In this document: in pieces, positions 8,525 to 17,132 of the stretch
Layout: each line of letters starts with the position of its first letter
Numbering within the stretch: the first letter of the stretch is position 1
Virus record (IMG/VR): IMGVR_UViG_3300032234_000723
Location: 1 to 32,116 of that record
Length of the DNA: 32,116 nucleotides
Strand: one strand, 5' to 3'
Source of the DNA: a virus
Lineage: Duplodnaviria; Caudoviricetes
Program-made: the position numbers and the translations under genes
Notes under the pieces: generated by a model
Database searches by the model: none
The model's input: the letters and a program-made list of their open reading frames with translations, nothing else
Told to the model about the DNA's origin: nothing

Positions 8525-9874
8525 ATGGCAGATATTAGAATAACCCCGGCAGCGTCCATAATGGCTTTTACAAGCTCATTAAGTTATAAAGAAACCCTAA
8601 CACAAGAGGCTTCCGGCTCTCTTACATTGCTAGGTTCTGGCTCAACAGGTAGAACAGATATATTTTCTGTTGCTGGAAACAATGGTACATTATTTTCTGT
8701 ATCTGATGATTTATCAAATTCATTATTCTCGGTTAATACAGTTGCAGGTTTACCTGTAATAGAGGCATTTGCTGATAATGCAGTAAATATAGGAAAATAT
8801 GGAGCCGAAGCCATCGTAGTATCGGGTTCAGGTGGTGATTTACAATTAAGTGGATCCGTTAAGTTAGTTTCTTTAGGAACAGCCGCTGATACAAATGTTG
8901 TAGTATTTAATTCCTCTACTAAAAAATTAGCATATAATACTGCTTTAAGTTTACAAGGTGCACAGGGTGCTCAAGGTACTCAAGGTGTTTATGGTACTCA
9001 AGGAGCAATAGGAACAGCAACTCAAGGAACAACTGGTACTCAAGGTATTCAAGGAATAGCCGGAGGTGGTGGGGGTGGAACAACAATCAACCCTACAAAT
9101 AATTATATTCCTTATAGATCAAACTCAACAACATTCCAAGATAGTTTCTGGAGAATCAACCCTAGTAACTCTGATATTATGGAAACTACTTTTGGTGTGA
9201 GTGGTCCTCAACAAGGTATATATCTTAATTTTGATGCTCCTTCATTTTTATTAACCGATGAATTAGGTTATGCAGCTTTACGTTGGGATAGTTTTAGACG
9301 ATTATATTCTAATAATACATATCAAGTAGCTTTAGATTGGCAAGAAAGCACATACCCTAGAATAGTCAAAACCACTTCAGAAGTTTATCAAAATGATTTT
9401 TATGTATCTGCAACATCTCAATCTGTTATTCTTTCCGAAGCTAAGTCCAATGGTGATCTTTGGTGGTCCGGACATACTATACAAGGAGAGGTAGGAACTG
9501 CAAATATAGGAGACGTATGTTATTTAGACCCAACTACAGGTCTATGGGAACAAGCTGATTTTAACAATGGTAGATGTACTAATTTACTTGGAATATATGT
9601 ACGTGAAGGAGCACAAATCTTATTAGATGGACATGTTGTAGGAGCAAATAATAGAGCCACAACAGACCCATATGTAGGATTACAAGATGTCACCTCTACT
9701 AATTATTCTCAACCATTATATGGAAATGTTAACTTTAATGGTTATATGCAAAATGGAGCACCGGTTGCATCAGGTGATTATGTTAGAATATTAGGACATG
9801 GTTACAAATATGAAGGGGGTGAAAATTTATACCTCGTATTCTTTAGACCATCAAACGACTGGGTACTCCTTTAA
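8525..9874 (+). CDS. Fibre/decoration-like structural protein with a short collagen-like segment (449 aa)
   Basis: SGS/TGS-rich N-terminus (LFSVSDDLSNSLFSV), short interrupted GAQGTQ tract near 8957-9060, poly-Gly linker, C-terminal GDVCYL...WEQAD...LLGI...GDYVRILG domain. Confidence 0.65.
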   Translation: MADIRITPAASIMAFTSSLSYKETLTQEASGSLTLLGSGSTGRTDIFSVAGNNGTLFSVSDDLSNSLFSVNTVAGLPVIEAFADNAVNIGKYGAEAIVVSGSGGDLQLSGSVKLVSLGTAADTNVVVFNSSTKKLAYNTALSLQGAQGAQGTQGVYGTQGAIGTATQGTTGTQGIQGIAGGGGGGTTINPTNNYIPYRSNSTTFQDSFWRINPSNSDIMETTFGVSGPQQGIYLNFDAPSFLLTDELGYAALRWDSFRRLYSNNTYQVALDWQESTYPRIVKTTSEVYQNDFYVSATSQSVILSEAKSNGDLWWSGHTIQGEVGTANIGDVCYLDPTTGLWEQADFNNGRCTNLLGIYVREGAQILLDGHVVGANNRATTDPYVGLQDVTSTNYSQPLYGNVNFNGYMQNGAPVASGDYVRILGHGYKYEGGENLYLVFFRPSNDWVLL

Positions 9875-9884
9875 TCTTTAACCC

Positions 9885-10241
9885 ATGGCAACCATCTCAG
9901 GAATTCCAGTAGAAAATATATCATCTATAAAAGGAGTAGCAACTACTTCTATATCAAATATAGTAGGTGTAGCAACCAATTCCATCCCAGGATGGCCGGG
10001 TAGTGGTCCAACTTGTACACCAACACCGTTTGGTTATTCGGATGGGAGAAGAAGTTCACCATACGATGCATGTACCGCCCCACCTGCAACATTTGATTTT
10101 GATATGACCAATGGAATACTATACAACCCAGGTAGTTGTGGCTCTATACTTGCAGTTGCCGGATATTATTCAGACGGTAGACAAATATTCTTTTGGGATG
10201 GTGCTTCAAGCTTTACTTTTTATGATGCATGTCCAAGATAA
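9885..10241 (+). CDS. Small structural/hypothetical protein (118 aa) with three 11-aa N-terminal repeats and a 4-Cys C-terminal domain
   Basis: ISGIPVENISS / IKGVATTSISN / IVGVATNSIPG repeats; four Cys and GYYSDG in the C-terminal half. Confidence 0.6.
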   Translation: MATISGIPVENISSIKGVATTSISNIVGVATNSIPGWPGSGPTCTPTPFGYSDGRRSSPYDACTAPPATFDFDMTNGILYNPGSCGSILAVAGYYSDGRQIFFWDGASSFTFYDACPR

Positions 10242-10273
10242 TTTGGATACCTAAAATATTTATCATACATTTA
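10242..10273 (+). promoter_or_regulatory. Bacteroidota-type housekeeping-sigma promoter TTTG-N20-TACATTTA, with a late-motif variant (AATATTTATCATA, 10255-10267) inside it
   Basis: Matches the TTTG (-33) / TAnnTTTG (-7) consensus with one mismatch; 4 nt separate it from ATG 10278. Confidence 0.65.
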
Positions 10274-10277
10274 ATGT

Positions 10278-12812
10278 ATGAATTCAAACTTTACTAAGCA
10301 GGTTATAAAAAATGGTGGTTCAATTCACCCAATTATTATTCCATCCGATCAAACAAATGGAACGGGATTAATGAATCCATCCATTTACAATGATAATGGT
10401 AAACTTATCATGAACTTACGTCATGTAAATTATACTTTATATCATTGTGAAGGAGAACAACTCCATATCAATAGGTGGGGCCCATTAGCCTACCTCAACC
10501 CAGAAAATGATCTACATTTACGCACAACAAACTATTTTTGTGAAGTAACTGATGATTTAGAAGTTAAATCATTTACAAAAATTGATACGTCTAAACTAGA
10601 TGTACCACCTATTTGGCAATTTGTTGGTTTAGAAGATGGACGTTTAGTTCGTTGGAATGACAAATTATATATTTGTGGTGTTAGACGAGATACTACCTCA
10701 CATGGTGAAGGTAGAATGGAAATGTCTGAACTTGAAGTTAAAAATGGTAAAGTTCGAGAAATTAAACGTAGCCGAATCAAACACCCATACGATCAATCAT
10801 CATATTGTGAAAAAAATTGGATGGTAGTAACCGATATGCCTAATCATATGGTAAAATGGACTAATCCAACCGAGGTTATAGAAGCAGATCCTGAAACACT
10901 TGAATGCTACCAACGAATCCTAAAACCAGGAACTGATGAACATCAGGATATGAGAGGTAGCTCACAGATTATTCCATATAAAGGGAAACGCATTTGTATT
11001 ATCCATGAAGTTGATTTATTTAAAAACAAATTAGGTCAAAAAGATGGAAAATATACCCATCGTTTTGTAATTTGGGATATGGATTGGAATATTGAACATG
11101 TTTCTGAACCATTTAGTTTTATGGACGGTGAAGTTGAATTTTGCTGCGGTTTAACTGAATTCAAAGATGATTTGTTGGTAACGTTCGGTTTCCAAGATAA
11201 TGCCGCTTATATATTAAGAATACCTCAAACATTTTTTGATACTTATATTAAACAAGAAAAACTCCATAAAAAATTCAATTGGGGGGAAATTGCTAATAAT
11301 TCATGGTTCCAAGAAACAGTAAATGAAGAAATCTTCATCCAGGATTTTTATACTGAAAAATTTCCTATTGATAAAGGAGATATAGTATTGGATATTGGAG
11401 CATCAGCTGGTCCATTTACATATTCTATATTACATAAAGAACCCAAACACGTATATTGTTTTGAACCGAAGAAAACATTATTTGATACTATGACCGAAAA
11501 TGTAGGTCATCATCCAAATGTTACTTTACTCAATAAAGGTATCAGCAATGTAGATGGTGAAACTGAATTCAAAGGTCTATATTTTTCTGATGTGACAGAA
11601 ACCTGGGGAAGAACAGCAACCGCTGATGCAATTACATTTGATACTTTTCTAAAAGAATATAATATAGAACAGATTGATTTTATGAAAATCGACTGTGAGG
11701 GAGGCGAATATGATATTTTCACCCCAGAACGATTACCATGGATCAAACAAAATGTTAAAAAAATTGTAGGTGAATGGCATCTATCTAAACCTGAATTAAA
11801 AGAACAATTCCGTAAATTCCGAGATACTTATTTAAAAGAATTTAGTACATTTGATGTATATTCTTGGGATGGAGTTGACATTAAATGGGATTTATGGAAT
11901 GATCATTTTATAGACTATTATAGTGAAATTACACTTTATATAGACAATCGTAAACCAATTAAAAAAGAACACTGGCGTTTAACAGAATGGCCTACGTTAG
12001 AGTTTACAACATCAATTCCCCCAAAAGGGTGTGTAATTGATTGTGCTTTTTGTCCTCAAAAGACATTGTTGAATGTATATAAGGCAGACAAAACAATGAC
12101 ATTTGAAAACTTTAAAAAAGTAATCGATAAACTACCAAAAGAAGTACGTGTTACATTCTCTGGGTTTACTGAACCATGGTTAAACAAACGTTGCACAGAT
12201 ATGCTTATCTATGCTTCCCAACAAGGACATCCTATATCAGCATTTACAACAGGTGTAGGTATGACTTTAGAAGATGTTGAACGTATTAAAAACATTAAAT
12301 TTGTTAACGGACCAAATGGTGGTTTCTGCCTACATATCCCAGACCAAGAACGTATTGCAAAACACCCTATCACTCCTAGATTAATAGAGGTGTTTGAGCG
12401 TTTCAAAGAACTTGAAAACCATATAGAAGGTTTTTATGTTATGTGTATGGGAGAAGTTCATGAAAGTGTTAAACATTTATGGCCTGAAGTACATGTTCCT
12501 ACATTTTGGTCTAGAGCAGGCAACCTACTAGGTGAAGCCATCATTAAACCAGAACTAGAAAAATATAAAGACAGATTCCAGCATATGGATCATGGTGATA
12601 AACCTATGACTTGTGGTTGTGTTGAGAATTTATATCATAATGTAGTATTACCTAATGGAGATGTTTCATTATGTTGTATGGATTATGGTTTAAAACACAT
12701 ACTAGGAAATATATTTGAACAAGATTATGAAGATGTAATCCCTAAACCATTACAATGTTTTTCCTTATGTCAAGGATGTGAAAATGCTGTATCACCTGAT
12801 AATAAAAAATAA
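10278..12812 (+). CDS. Three-domain enzyme (844 aa): beta-propeller glycosidase-like (GH130/DUF377-like) + FkbM-family methyltransferase + radical SAM with SPASM/twitch domain
   Basis: NPSI, GLEDGRL, CEKNW, RGSSQ, VEFCCG (propeller); VLDIGASAGPFT, CFEP, IDFMKIDCEGGE (FkbM); CVIDCAFC (CxxxCxxC at 12030-12053), FSGFTEP, VLPNGDVSLCCMDY...LGNI...CxxCxxC (radical SAM/SPASM). Confidence 0.8.
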   Translation: MNSNFTKQVIKNGGSIHPIIIPSDQTNGTGLMNPSIYNDNGKLIMNLRHVNYTLYHCEGEQLHINRWGPLAYLNPENDLHLRTTNYFCEVTDDLEVKSFTKIDTSKLDVPPIWQFVGLEDGRLVRWNDKLYICGVRRDTTSHGEGRMEMSELEVKNGKVREIKRSRIKHPYDQSSYCEKNWMVVTDMPNHMVKWTNPTEVIEADPETLECYQRILKPGTDEHQDMRGSSQIIPYKGKRICIIHEVDLFKNKLGQKDGKYTHRFVIWDMDWNIEHVSEPFSFMDGEVEFCCGLTEFKDDLLVTFGFQDNAAYILRIPQTFFDTYIKQEKLHKKFNWGEIANNSWFQETVNEEIFIQDFYTEKFPIDKGDIVLDIGASAGPFTYSILHKEPKHVYCFEPKKTLFDTMTENVGHHPNVTLLNKGISNVDGETEFKGLYFSDVTETWGRTATADAITFDTFLKEYNIEQIDFMKIDCEGGEYDIFTPERLPWIKQNVKKIVGEWHLSKPELKEQFRKFRDTYLKEFSTFDVYSWDGVDIKWDLWNDHFIDYYSEITLYIDNRKPIKKEHWRLTEWPTLEFTTSIPPKGCVIDCAFCPQKTLLNVYKADKTMTFENFKKVIDKLPKEVRVTFSGFTEPWLNKRCTDMLIYASQQGHPISAFTTGVGMTLEDVERIKNIKFVNGPNGGFCLHIPDQERIAKHPITPRLIEVFERFKELENHIEGFYVMCMGEVHESVKHLWPEVHVPTFWSRAGNLLGEAIIKPELEKYKDRFQHMDHGDKPMTCGCVENLYHNVVLPNGDVSLCCMDYGLKHILGNIFEQDYEDVIPKPLQCFSLCQGCENAVSPDNKK

Positions 12813-12813
12813 T

Positions 12814-13368
12814 ATGACACTACAATATTGGTTACAACTTTATATAAAAAACCCTAAAGATCAAAATATTAACTTTAATTTGGGTTGTCAATATGAACAA
12901 CAAGGACAAACAGCATCTGCTGCTGGCTTTTATTTACGAAGTGTAGAATTTGGACATGATGTAAATCTTCAATATGAAGCATTATGTAGAATGGCTTTAT
13001 GTTTTGAAAAGCAAGGCAATCGTGTATTTACTCTTAAAGGTATCTTATTACGAGCAATTTCAATTTTACCAAAACGTCCTGAAGCATATTTTCTATTAGC
13101 TAGAATTTATGAGCGAAGTCAAGAATGGCAAGAGGGATATACAACATCAGTTATAGCCTATGAATTCACTACAGATGAATATACTACACAAACCAATCTA
13201 GAATACCCTACTAAACTAGGATTTTTATTTGAAAAAGCAGTATGTGCTTGGTGGATTGGATTATATGATGAATCCCTCTCGTTATTTAGAGAATTGAAAA
13301 AATATGACATGCCTGAAATATACAAAAATGCAATCCAAGCTAATTTAGACAATTTAGATAAACCTTAA
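12814..13368 (+). CDS. TPR-repeat protein (probable start ATG 12814, in frame with the listed 12778 ORF)
   Basis: NFNLGCQYEQQGQTASAAGFYLR, AISILPKRPEAYFLLARIYE helical TPR pattern; ATG follows the upstream TAA after 1 nt. Confidence 0.75.
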   Translation: MTLQYWLQLYIKNPKDQNINFNLGCQYEQQGQTASAAGFYLRSVEFGHDVNLQYEALCRMALCFEKQGNRVFTLKGILLRAISILPKRPEAYFLLARIYERSQEWQEGYTTSVIAYEFTTDEYTTQTNLEYPTKLGFLFEKAVCAWWIGLYDESLSLFRELKKYDMPEIYKNAIQANLDNLDKP

Positions 13369-13377
13369 TTCTCTACC

Positions 13378-13393
13378 AATATTTATAATAAAA
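13378..13393 (+). promoter_or_regulatory. Putative late promoter motif AATATTTATAATAAAA
   Basis: Exact 16-mer also found at 17110, 18873, 22904 and 25273. Confidence 0.75.
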
Positions 13394-13401
13394 TATATTA
13401 A

Positions 13402-15009
13402 ATGGCAAAAGTATTAAAAAAAATATTTGTCCCTACCACTGATGAGGTAGTTCAAAATTTCCCCATCGAATCATGGCACGTTTCTCAATCTGTAGATGCA
13501 TTTACAGGAGTTGATGCTTATGACATTACCCTTTCAGGATCATTGGTTATAACAGGTTCTGTAGCTATAAATGGTTTAAATAATACATTACAAAATAATG
13601 TATTAACTTATGACGACGTTACTGGACTTGTTTATTTCACTTCATCAGCTACATTTGCCGTTAATAATTTATATACAAGTAGTCTTACTCAAAGTATTAC
13701 AAGTAGTATAGTAAATAATACTATAAATCAAAGTACCATTAATCAAACTATTATTAGTAGTAGTGTAAATAATGTTGCCCCCTCAGACAAATATATCCAA
13801 TATAATAGTGCTAGTGCTTTTGGTGCAGATGCATCTCTCCAATGGAACTATACTATTTCATCTCTCCAAAATGGTAGTAATACCTTAGCAACTGGTCTTT
13901 ATGCTCACTCTGAAGGATTAACTACAGTAGCTTCTGGTGATGCATCTCATGCAGAAGGACGTGAAACTTTATCTTCTGGACCTGCATCCCATACTGAAGG
14001 TTACCAAGTAACAGCCTCAGGATTAGCATCTCATGCTGAAGGCGGACTTACTCAAGCATCCGGTAATTATTCCCATGCTGAAGGTTATCAAACTGTAGCG
14101 AAAGGAATAGGATCACATGCTGAAGGTTACCAAACATCAGCCTCACTAGATTATGCACATGCTGAAGGAAGTTCAACACGTGCTACGGGTTGGTTTTCTC
14201 ATGCTGAAGGATATTCAACAATTGCTTCCGCTAGCGGCTCACATGCTGAAGGTTCACAAAATCAAGCCACTGGAGATTATTCACATGCTGAAGGTGGAGG
14301 AACATTTGCTCAATCTGCATACTCACATACTGAAGGATTTGGTACATATGTTACAGCAATCGGCGGACATGCTGAAGGACTATCAACTATAGTCCGTGGT
14401 CAATATGCCCACTCCGAAGGAGTTTCAACTACAGCTATTGGAACATACTCTCACACTGAGGGACATCTTACAACAGCATCCGTTAATGCTAATTATGCAC
14501 ACGTTGAAGGTTGGGGAACTGTCGCTGATGGAAACTATCAACACATAATGGGTGCTTATAATAGATCTTCATCCAATGCATCTGCATTTATTGTAGGAAA
14601 TGGTATTAGTGATTCTGCTCGAAAAAATTTAATATACGCATCTGGCTCACAAGTTCAAATTACAGGAAGTTTAAACTTATCAGGTTCATTTTCTCCACAA
14701 TACAGATATGTAGGAAGTGTTGAAGTAGCCAATGCATCATCAGGTTTTCTTTTATCAAGATCTGATTATAATGTCACATTCTTAGCAACAACCACCGCTG
14801 TTGGATTTAAAAACGCAATCCAATTACCTAGTGGAATGGCTACAGGATCAATTATATATTTACAAAGAGTATCAGGCACTAGTGCTTGTACAATATCCGG
14901 ATCTTTGGGTCATACTATTAATGGATCAGGAGCATTTACTTTCCCAACAACAGTATTTACAAGAAGAATGTTTGTATTTACAGGAGCAGGATGGTATGTT
15001 GAAGTTTAA
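13402..15009 (+). CDS. Fibre/adhesin-like protein with YadA-head-like HxEG beta-roll repeats (535 aa)
   Basis: 15 tandem, mostly 14-aa (S/A/G)HxEG repeats, then FIVGNG...RKNL; SGS/TGS fibre motifs; C-terminal IQLP...G.IIY...I.G...GWY domain. Confidence 0.75.
   Translation: MAKVLKKIFVPTTDEVVQNFPIESWHVSQSVDAFTGVDAYDITLSGSLVITGSVAINGLNNTLQNNVLTYDDVTGLVYFTSSATFAVNNLYTSSLTQSITSSIVNNTINQSTINQTIISSSVNNVAPSDKYIQYNSASAFGADASLQWNYTISSLQNGSNTLATGLYAHSEGLTTVASGDASHAEGRETLSSGPASHTEGYQVTASGLASHAEGGLTQASGNYSHAEGYQTVAKGIGSHAEGYQTSASLDYAHAEGSSTRATGWFSHAEGYSTIASASGSHAEGSQNQATGDYSHAEGGGTFAQSAYSHTEGFGTYVTAIGGHAEGLSTIVRGQYAHSEGVSTTAIGTYSHTEGHLTTASVNANYAHVEGWGTVADGNYQHIMGAYNRSSSNASAFIVGNGISDSARKNLIYASGSQVQITGSLNLSGSFSPQYRYVGSVEVANASSGFLLSRSDYNVTFLATTTAVGFKNAIQLPSGMATGSIIYLQRVSGTSACTISGSLGHTINGSGAFTFPTTVFTRRMFVFTGAGWYVEV
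13903..14553 (+). repeat. 42-nt-period coding repeat: 15 HxEG units plus one degenerate QHIMG unit
   Basis: CATGCTGAAGG and close variants recur about every 42 nt. Confidence 0.9.
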
Positions 15010-15031
15010 TCACAAATCAAATAAATAAATT

Positions 15032-15295
15032 ATGTCAATCGTTTCAGAAAAAAAGTTCTTAACAGAAGAAGAAAAATCAAAATTAAAAGAAATCCAAACA
15101 AACACCCGATCTATCATTGGTGAATTAGGTGAAATTGGATTGATTAAATTACAATTAGAAAACCGCCATGATGCCGCTAAAAAATTCTTAGATGAATTAA
15201 ATACTCAAGAAAAAGAATTTACTCAAAAGGTATTTGCAACATACGGTAAATGCACCATCGACCCAGAAACGGGTGAGATTACATCTGCAGAGTAA
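15032..15295 (+). CDS. Small coiled-coil hypothetical protein (87 aa) preceding the sheath genes
   Basis: E/K/L heptad pattern, C-terminal YGKCTIDPETGEI; A-rich leader. Confidence 0.65.
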   Translation: MSIVSEKKFLTEEEKSKLKEIQTNTRSIIGELGEIGLIKLQLENRHDAAKKFLDELNTQEKEFTQKVFATYGKCTIDPETGEITSAE

Positions 15296-15312
15296 TCTAG
15301 TTACAAATACAC

Positions 15313-15328
15313 CATATTTATAATAAAA
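15313..15328 (+). promoter_or_regulatory. Putative late promoter motif CATATTTATAATAAAA
   Basis: 15/16 match to the recurrent motif, upstream of sheath 1. Confidence 0.75.
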
Positions 15329-15340
15329 TAAATCATTACA

Positions 15341-17086
15341 ATGGCAGAAACAATTGTATCACCTGGTGTATTAGCAATAGAGAACAACCAATCATATGTA
15401 ACTCAACAACCTGCACAGGCGGGCGCCGCTATTATAGGACCAACAGTTAAAGGTAAAGTAGGAATCCCTACTATAGTTACTTCATATTCCGATTATTTAA
15501 ATAAGTTTGGTGCTACTTTCCTTAGTGGAAGTAACACCTACACTTATTTTACTTCTATTACAGCTTATAACTACTTTAATAATGGAGGAAGTTCATTATT
15601 AGTAACTAGAGTAGTAAGTGGTACTTTTTCACCTGCTACTTCTTCATTTGTATCTGCTTCTTCACACGCTGCTGGTTCTCCTTATAATACAGATGTATTC
15701 GTATTAGAAACTATTTCTAAAGGAGAAATAATGAATAGTACAGGCCCAACAGGTAGTTACAATACATTAATAAGTGGTTCATCTGATAACTTTAGATGGC
15801 AAATTACAAATTCTGATCAAACAAATGGTACTTTTTATATATTAGTTCGCCAGGGTAATGATTCATCAATTAATCCATCTGTATTAGAAAATTGGGGTCC
15901 ATTATCATTGGATCCATATTCATCAAATTATATTGAAAAAGTAATTGGTAATCAAGTTGAAACTATTGCTGTAGATAACGGTGAATATTATATTCAATTA
16001 TCTGGAAGTTATCCAAATAATTCATCATATATTCGTGTTAAAACAGTTAATCAAGCAACACCAAACTATTTTGATAATGTAGGAATTGCAAAACCACAAT
16101 ATACTGGATCAATTCCAATTAATATGAGTGGTTCATTTGGATCAGCAACAGGAAAAAATATCCCAACAGGCATTGCAGGAGCTTATTATGACACTATTAC
16201 ATCAGATACTAATATTCAAGGTTTAACTGCCAATCATTATACAGAATCTATTTATTTACTAGCTAATAAAGATGCCTTTAAATATAACCTACTAACAGCC
16301 CCAGGATTAATGTCCGATATAGGACCAACATCTGCAGGTGCTATTAGTTTAATGAATTCTATTGCTCAAAATAGAGGCGATATGATGGTAGTATTTGATT
16401 CATCAAAATATAATTCCCAAATTGGCTCAGTATTAACTAATACAGCAGGATATGATACATCATATGCCGCTACTTATTGGCCTTGGGTAAAAACAATTGA
16501 CCCAAGCACAGCTAATCAAGTCTGGACACCAGCTTCAACATTGATTCCTGGAGTATACGCATTTAATGATAATGCAGCTGCTCCTTGGTTTGCACCAGCA
16601 GGTATTAATCGAGGTGTTTTAACTACTGCTATCCAAGCAGAACGTGTTTTAACTCAAGGAAATAGAGATACATTATATCAATCAAATATTAATCCTATTG
16701 CTACATATCCAACAAATGGTATAGTAGTATTTGGACAAAAAACATTAGCTAAGAAAAAAAGTGCTTTAGATCGTGTCAATGTTCGTCGTTTATTAATTGA
16801 ATTAAAATCATATATTTCTCAAATAGCTGATACATTTGTATTTGAACAAAATGATACAGTTACAAGAAATAATTTCTTATCAATTGTTAATCCATATTTA
16901 GCTTCTGTTCAACAACAACAAGGTTTAACTGCGTTTAAAGTAGTAATGGATGAAACAAATAATCCACCAAATGTGGTAGATAACAATCAATTAGTAGGAC
17001 AAATTTTCTTACAACCCACAAAAACAGCAGAATTTATTTTACTAGACTTTAATATATTACCTACAGGTGCAACATTTCCTGCTTAA
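15341..17086 (+). CDS. Contractile tail sheath protein, paralog 1 (581 aa)
   Basis: SPGV N-terminus, AAIIGPTVKG, YAATYWPWV, PWFAPAGINRG, NINPI, VVFGQKTL, DRVNVRRL, FEQND, QPTKTAEFI: T4 gp18/P2 FI-type sheath motifs. Confidence 0.95.
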   Translation: MAETIVSPGVLAIENNQSYVTQQPAQAGAAIIGPTVKGKVGIPTIVTSYSDYLNKFGATFLSGSNTYTYFTSITAYNYFNNGGSSLLVTRVVSGTFSPATSSFVSASSHAAGSPYNTDVFVLETISKGEIMNSTGPTGSYNTLISGSSDNFRWQITNSDQTNGTFYILVRQGNDSSINPSVLENWGPLSLDPYSSNYIEKVIGNQVETIAVDNGEYYIQLSGSYPNNSSYIRVKTVNQATPNYFDNVGIAKPQYTGSIPINMSGSFGSATGKNIPTGIAGAYYDTITSDTNIQGLTANHYTESIYLLANKDAFKYNLLTAPGLMSDIGPTSAGAISLMNSIAQNRGDMMVVFDSSKYNSQIGSVLTNTAGYDTSYAATYWPWVKTIDPSTANQVWTPASTLIPGVYAFNDNAAAPWFAPAGINRGVLTTAIQAERVLTQGNRDTLYQSNINPIATYPTNGIVVFGQKTLAKKKSALDRVNVRRLLIELKSYISQIADTFVFEQNDTVTRNNFLSIVNPYLASVQQQQGLTAFKVVMDETNNPPNVVDNNQLVGQIFLQPTKTAEFILLDFNILPTGATFPA

Positions 17087-17109
17087 TAATATATTTTAAA
17101 GAGAATATT

Positions 17110-17125
17110 AATATTTATAATAAAA
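17110..17125 (+). promoter_or_regulatory. Putative late promoter motif AATATTTATAATAAAA
   Basis: Exact copy upstream of sheath 2. Confidence 0.75.
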
Positions 17126-17132
17126 ATATAAA

